Part shown: piece by piece, positions 60,201-64,000 of the stretch
Layout of the letters: each line of letters starts with the position of its first letter
Position numbering within the stretch: the stretch's first letter is position 1
NCBI RefSeq assembly: GCF_009914755.1
Contig: NC_060935.1
Reading direction: 5' to 3' (one strand)
Length of the DNA stretch: 64,000 nt
DNA from: the human T2T-CHM13v2.0 reference genome, Homo sapiens
Program-made: the position numbers and the translations under genes
Notes under the pieces: generated by a model
Database searches by the model: none
What the model saw: the letters and a program-made list of their open reading frames with translations, nothing else
What the model was told of the DNA's origin: nothing

Positions 60201-63200
60201 TGGAGCACTCAGATATATAAAGCAATTATTACAGCTAAAGAGAGAGATAGACCTCAACACAATAATAGGTGGAGACTTCAACATCTCACTTTCATCATTG
60301 GACAGATCTTTCAGACAGAAAATCAACAAACAAACACTGGACTTAATCTGCATTATAGATGATATGAACCCAATAGGTACATACAAAACATTTCATCCAG
60401 TGGCTGCAGAATAGACATTCTACTCCTCAGCACATGAATCATTCTCTAGGATAGAGCATAAAACACAATTCTTAAAACAAAACAATTCTTAAAACATTCA
60501 AAAGAATTAAAATAATATCAAGCATCTTCTCCAAACACATGGAATAAAACTTGAAATCAGTAACAAGGGAAACTTTGGAAACTATTCAAACACAAACATT
60601 AAATTATATGCTCCTAAATAACTAGTGGCTTAAAGAAGAAATTAAGAAGAAAGTTGAAAAATATTTTGAAAAAAATAGTAATGAAAACACAACATACCAA
60701 AACCTATGGGATACAGAGAAAGCACTACAAAGAGGCAAATTTATAACTGTAAGTGCCTACATCAAAAAAGAAGAAAAACTTCAAATAAACAACCTAGTGA
60801 GGCATCTTAAAGAACTAGAAAAGCAAGAGCAAACCAAACCCCAAATTAGTAGAAGAAAAAAATAATAAAGATCAGAGCAGAAATAAATGAAAATGAAATG
60901 AAGAAAACAATACAAAAGATTAATGAGACAAAAAGTTTATTGAAAAGATAAATAAAAGTAACAAAACTCTGGCTAGACTAAGAAGAAAAGAGAGAAGATT
61001 CAAATAAATAAAATCAGAGATGGAAAATGAGACATCACAACTGATACCACAGAAATTCAAAGGATCATTAGTGGCTACTACAAGCAACTATATGCCAATA
61101 AACTGGAAAATCTAAAGGAAATGGATAAGTTCCTAGACGCATGAAACCTACCAAGATTGAACCATGAAGAAATCCAAAACCTGAACAGATGAATAAAATG
61201 TAGTAAGATTGAAGCTGTAATAAAACATCTCCCAGTAAAGAAAAGCCTGGACCTGATAGCTTCGCTGCTGAATTCTACCAAACATTTAAAGAGGAACTAA
61301 TATCAGTCCTACTCAAACTAGAAAAATAGAGGAGTAGGGGATACTTCTAAACTCATTCTACAAGGCCAGCATTATCCTGATACCAAACACAAACAAAGAT
61401 ACCTCAAAGAAAACTAGAGGCAAATATCTCTAATGAATATTGATGCAAAAATCCTCAACAAAATAATAGCAAACCAAATTCAACAATACATTAAAAAGAT
61501 CACATATCATGACCAAGTGGGATTTATTCCAGGAATGCAAGGATGGTTCAACATATGCAAATCAATCAATGCAATATATAGTATCAACAGAATGAAAGAC
61601 AAAAACCATATGATCAATAACATAGATGGAACTGGAGATCATGATATTAAATAAAATAAACCAGGCACAGAAAGGCAAACATCACCTTTCTTGTGGAATC
61701 TGAAAATCAAAATTGAACTGAACTCATGGACGTAGAGAGTAGAAGGATGGTTACTAGAGGCTGGAAAGGGTAGCATAGGGTGGGAAGATAAAGCAGGGAT
61801 GCTTAATGGGTACAAAAGAAAACACAAAGAATGAATAAGACCTAGTATTTGATAGCACAATAGGGTGATTATAGTCAATAATAACTTAATTGTACATTTA
61901 AAAATAACTAAATAGCATAATTGGATTTTTTATAACACAAAGGATAAATGCTTGAGGGGATACTCCATTTTCCATGATGTGATTATTACACATTGCATGC
62001 CTGTATCAAAGCATCTCATGTACCCCATAAATATATACACCTACTATGTTACTACAGACAAAAAAAAGTGATAATTTCAACTGATTCTGGAAAAGCATTC
62101 AATAAAATTCAACATCCTTTCATAATAAAATCCATAAAAAACTGGGTACAGAAGGAACATACCTCAACATATTAAAATTCTTATATGACAGACTCAGAGC
62201 TAGTGTCATACTAAATGGGGAAAAATGAAAGCCTTTTCTCTAAGATCTGAAACACAACAAGGATGCCTACTTTTACCACTGTTATTCAATATAGTACTGT
62301 AAGTCCTAGATAGAGCAATCAGATGAGAGAAAGAAATAAAAGGCATCCAAAATGGAAAAGAAGAAGTCGAATTATCCTTGTCTGCAGATGACATGATCTT
62401 ATGTTTTGGAAAACCTAAAGGCCCCCCCCCCAAAAAAATTATTAAAACTAATAAAAAAATTCAGTAAAGTTGCAGGATACAAAATCAACACACAAAAACC
62501 AGTAGCATTTATACATACCAACAATGAACAATCTGTAAAAGAAATCAAGACAGTGATTCCATTTACAATAGCTACAAATAAAATTAAATTCTTAGGAATT
62601 AACTTAACCAAAGAAGTGAAAGATCTCTACAATGAAAACTATAAAACACTGATGAAAGGAACTGAAGAGGACACAAAAAATGGAAAGATATTCCATGTTC
62701 ATGTATTGGTAGAATCAACATTGTTAGAAAGTTCATACTGCCCAAAGAAATCTACAGATTCAATGCAATCCCTATTAAAATACCAATGACATTTTTCACA
62801 TTCTTCACAGAAATAAAACAAAATCTGAAAATGTATATGGAACTACAAAAGACTCAGAATAGCCAAAGCTATGTTCAGCAAAAATAATAAAACTGGAGGA
62901 CTCACATTACCTGACTTGAATCTACACTACAGAGCTGTAGAAACCAAAACAGCATGGTACTGGCATGAAAACAGACACATAGACCAATGGAACAGGAGAG
63001 AGAACCCAGAAACAAATCCATACACCTACAGTGAACTCATTTTTGACAAAGGTGCCAAGAACATACAGTGGGGAAAAGACTCTCTTTAATAAATGGTGCT
63101 GGGAAAACTGGATATTCATAAACAGAAGAATGAAACTAGACTCCTATCTTTCACCATATACAAAAATTAAATCAAAATGGATTAAAAACTTAAATGTAAG

Positions 63201-64000
63201 CCCTCAAACTATGAAACTACTACAAAAAAAACATTGAGGAAACTCCAGGATGTTACTCTGGCCAAAAGTTAAAGTGATACCCGACAAGCACAGGCAATCA
63301 AAGGAAAAATGAACAAATGAGATCACATCAAGTTAGAAAGCTCCTGCACAACAAAGGAAACAATCAACAAAGTGAAAAGGCCACTCACAGAATGGGATGA
63401 AATATTTGCAAACCACCCCTCTGACAAGGAATTAATAACCAGAATATATAAGAAGCTCAAACAACTCTATAGGAAAAAAATTGATAATCCAATTTTAAAA
63501 TGAACAAAAGATCTGAATAGAGATTTCTCCAAAGAAAACATACAAATGTCAAACAGTTATACAAAAAGATGCTCACCATCATTGGTCATCAGGGAAATGC
63601 AAATTAAAACTACAATGAGATATCATCCTGAACCAGTTAAAATAGCTTTTATCCAAAAGACAAGCAATAACAAATGCTGGCTAGGAGAAAGGGAACCCTC
63701 TCGTACACTCTTAGTAGGAATGTAAACTAGATCAACCACTGTGGAGAACAGTTTAGAGCTTCCTTGAAAAAACTAAAAATTGAGCTACTATATAATTCAG
63801 CAATTTCACTGATGGGCATATACCCAAAAGGAAGAAAATCATCATATCAAAGGGATATCTGCATGCTCATGTTTGTTGCAGCACTGTTCACAACAGCTAA
63901 GATTTGGAAGCAACCTAAGTGTCCATCAGCAGACAAATGGATTACAAAACTGTGGTAGATATATATAATGGAGTACTATTCAGCTATAAAAAAAGAATGA
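57256..64000 (+). mobile_element. Near full-length decayed L1MA-like element, running off window end
   Basis: 5'UTR, ORF1 remnants, ORF2 EN (LNVNGLNSPIKR; GGDFN), RT ([15 protein letters not shown]), C-terminal region; many stops. Confidence 0.92.
61617..62067 (+). mobile_element. L1MA-type 3'UTR fragment nested in ORF2 of the larger L1
   Basis: 3'UTR motifs (GATGGAACTGGAGATCAT...CATGTACCCCATAAATATATACACCTACTATG) interrupt the RT region, which resumes at ATTTCAACTGAT. Confidence 0.8.

Noticed and set aside
59716-63958. ORFs with endonuclease and reverse-transcriptase motifs
   Set aside because: Broken L1 ORF2 fragments with many stops and frameshifts; not an active or novel RT system

Overview
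Primate, very likely human, non-coding genomic DNA dominated by interspersed repeats: Alu, L1PA/L1PB/L1MA/L1ME, MaLR and ERV LTRs, MIR/L2 and hAT DNA transposons. No host protein-coding exon could be supported. The ORF-track proteins are Alu, L1 or simple-repeat translations, or chance ORFs. The main non-repeat signals are: (i) a CpG/GC-rich promoter-like block at about 19.9-21.0 kb, apparently directing minus-strand transcription, with a perfect DR4 nuclear-receptor element, an EGR1/SP site, a G4 motif and a (CATATA)n repeat; (ii) several well-formed non-coding minus-strand exon candidates (324-545, 50466-50642 and weaker ones), suggesting a long spliced lncRNA or 5'UTR; (iii) two U4atac snRNA retropseudogenes 2.3 kb apart, produced by a local duplication, with an AluY inserted into the same 16-bp target site. 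Several unusual retrotransposition products are visible: an 83-bp twin-primed L1, a 33-bp poly(A)-tailed orphan insert and nested L1s. From memory only, and unverified, a pair of RNU4ATAC pseudogenes lies at 11q24.1 in the MIR100HG region, which would fit a minus-strand lncRNA. I found no evidence of a new multi-gene system. Repeat subfamily calls are by eye and approximate.
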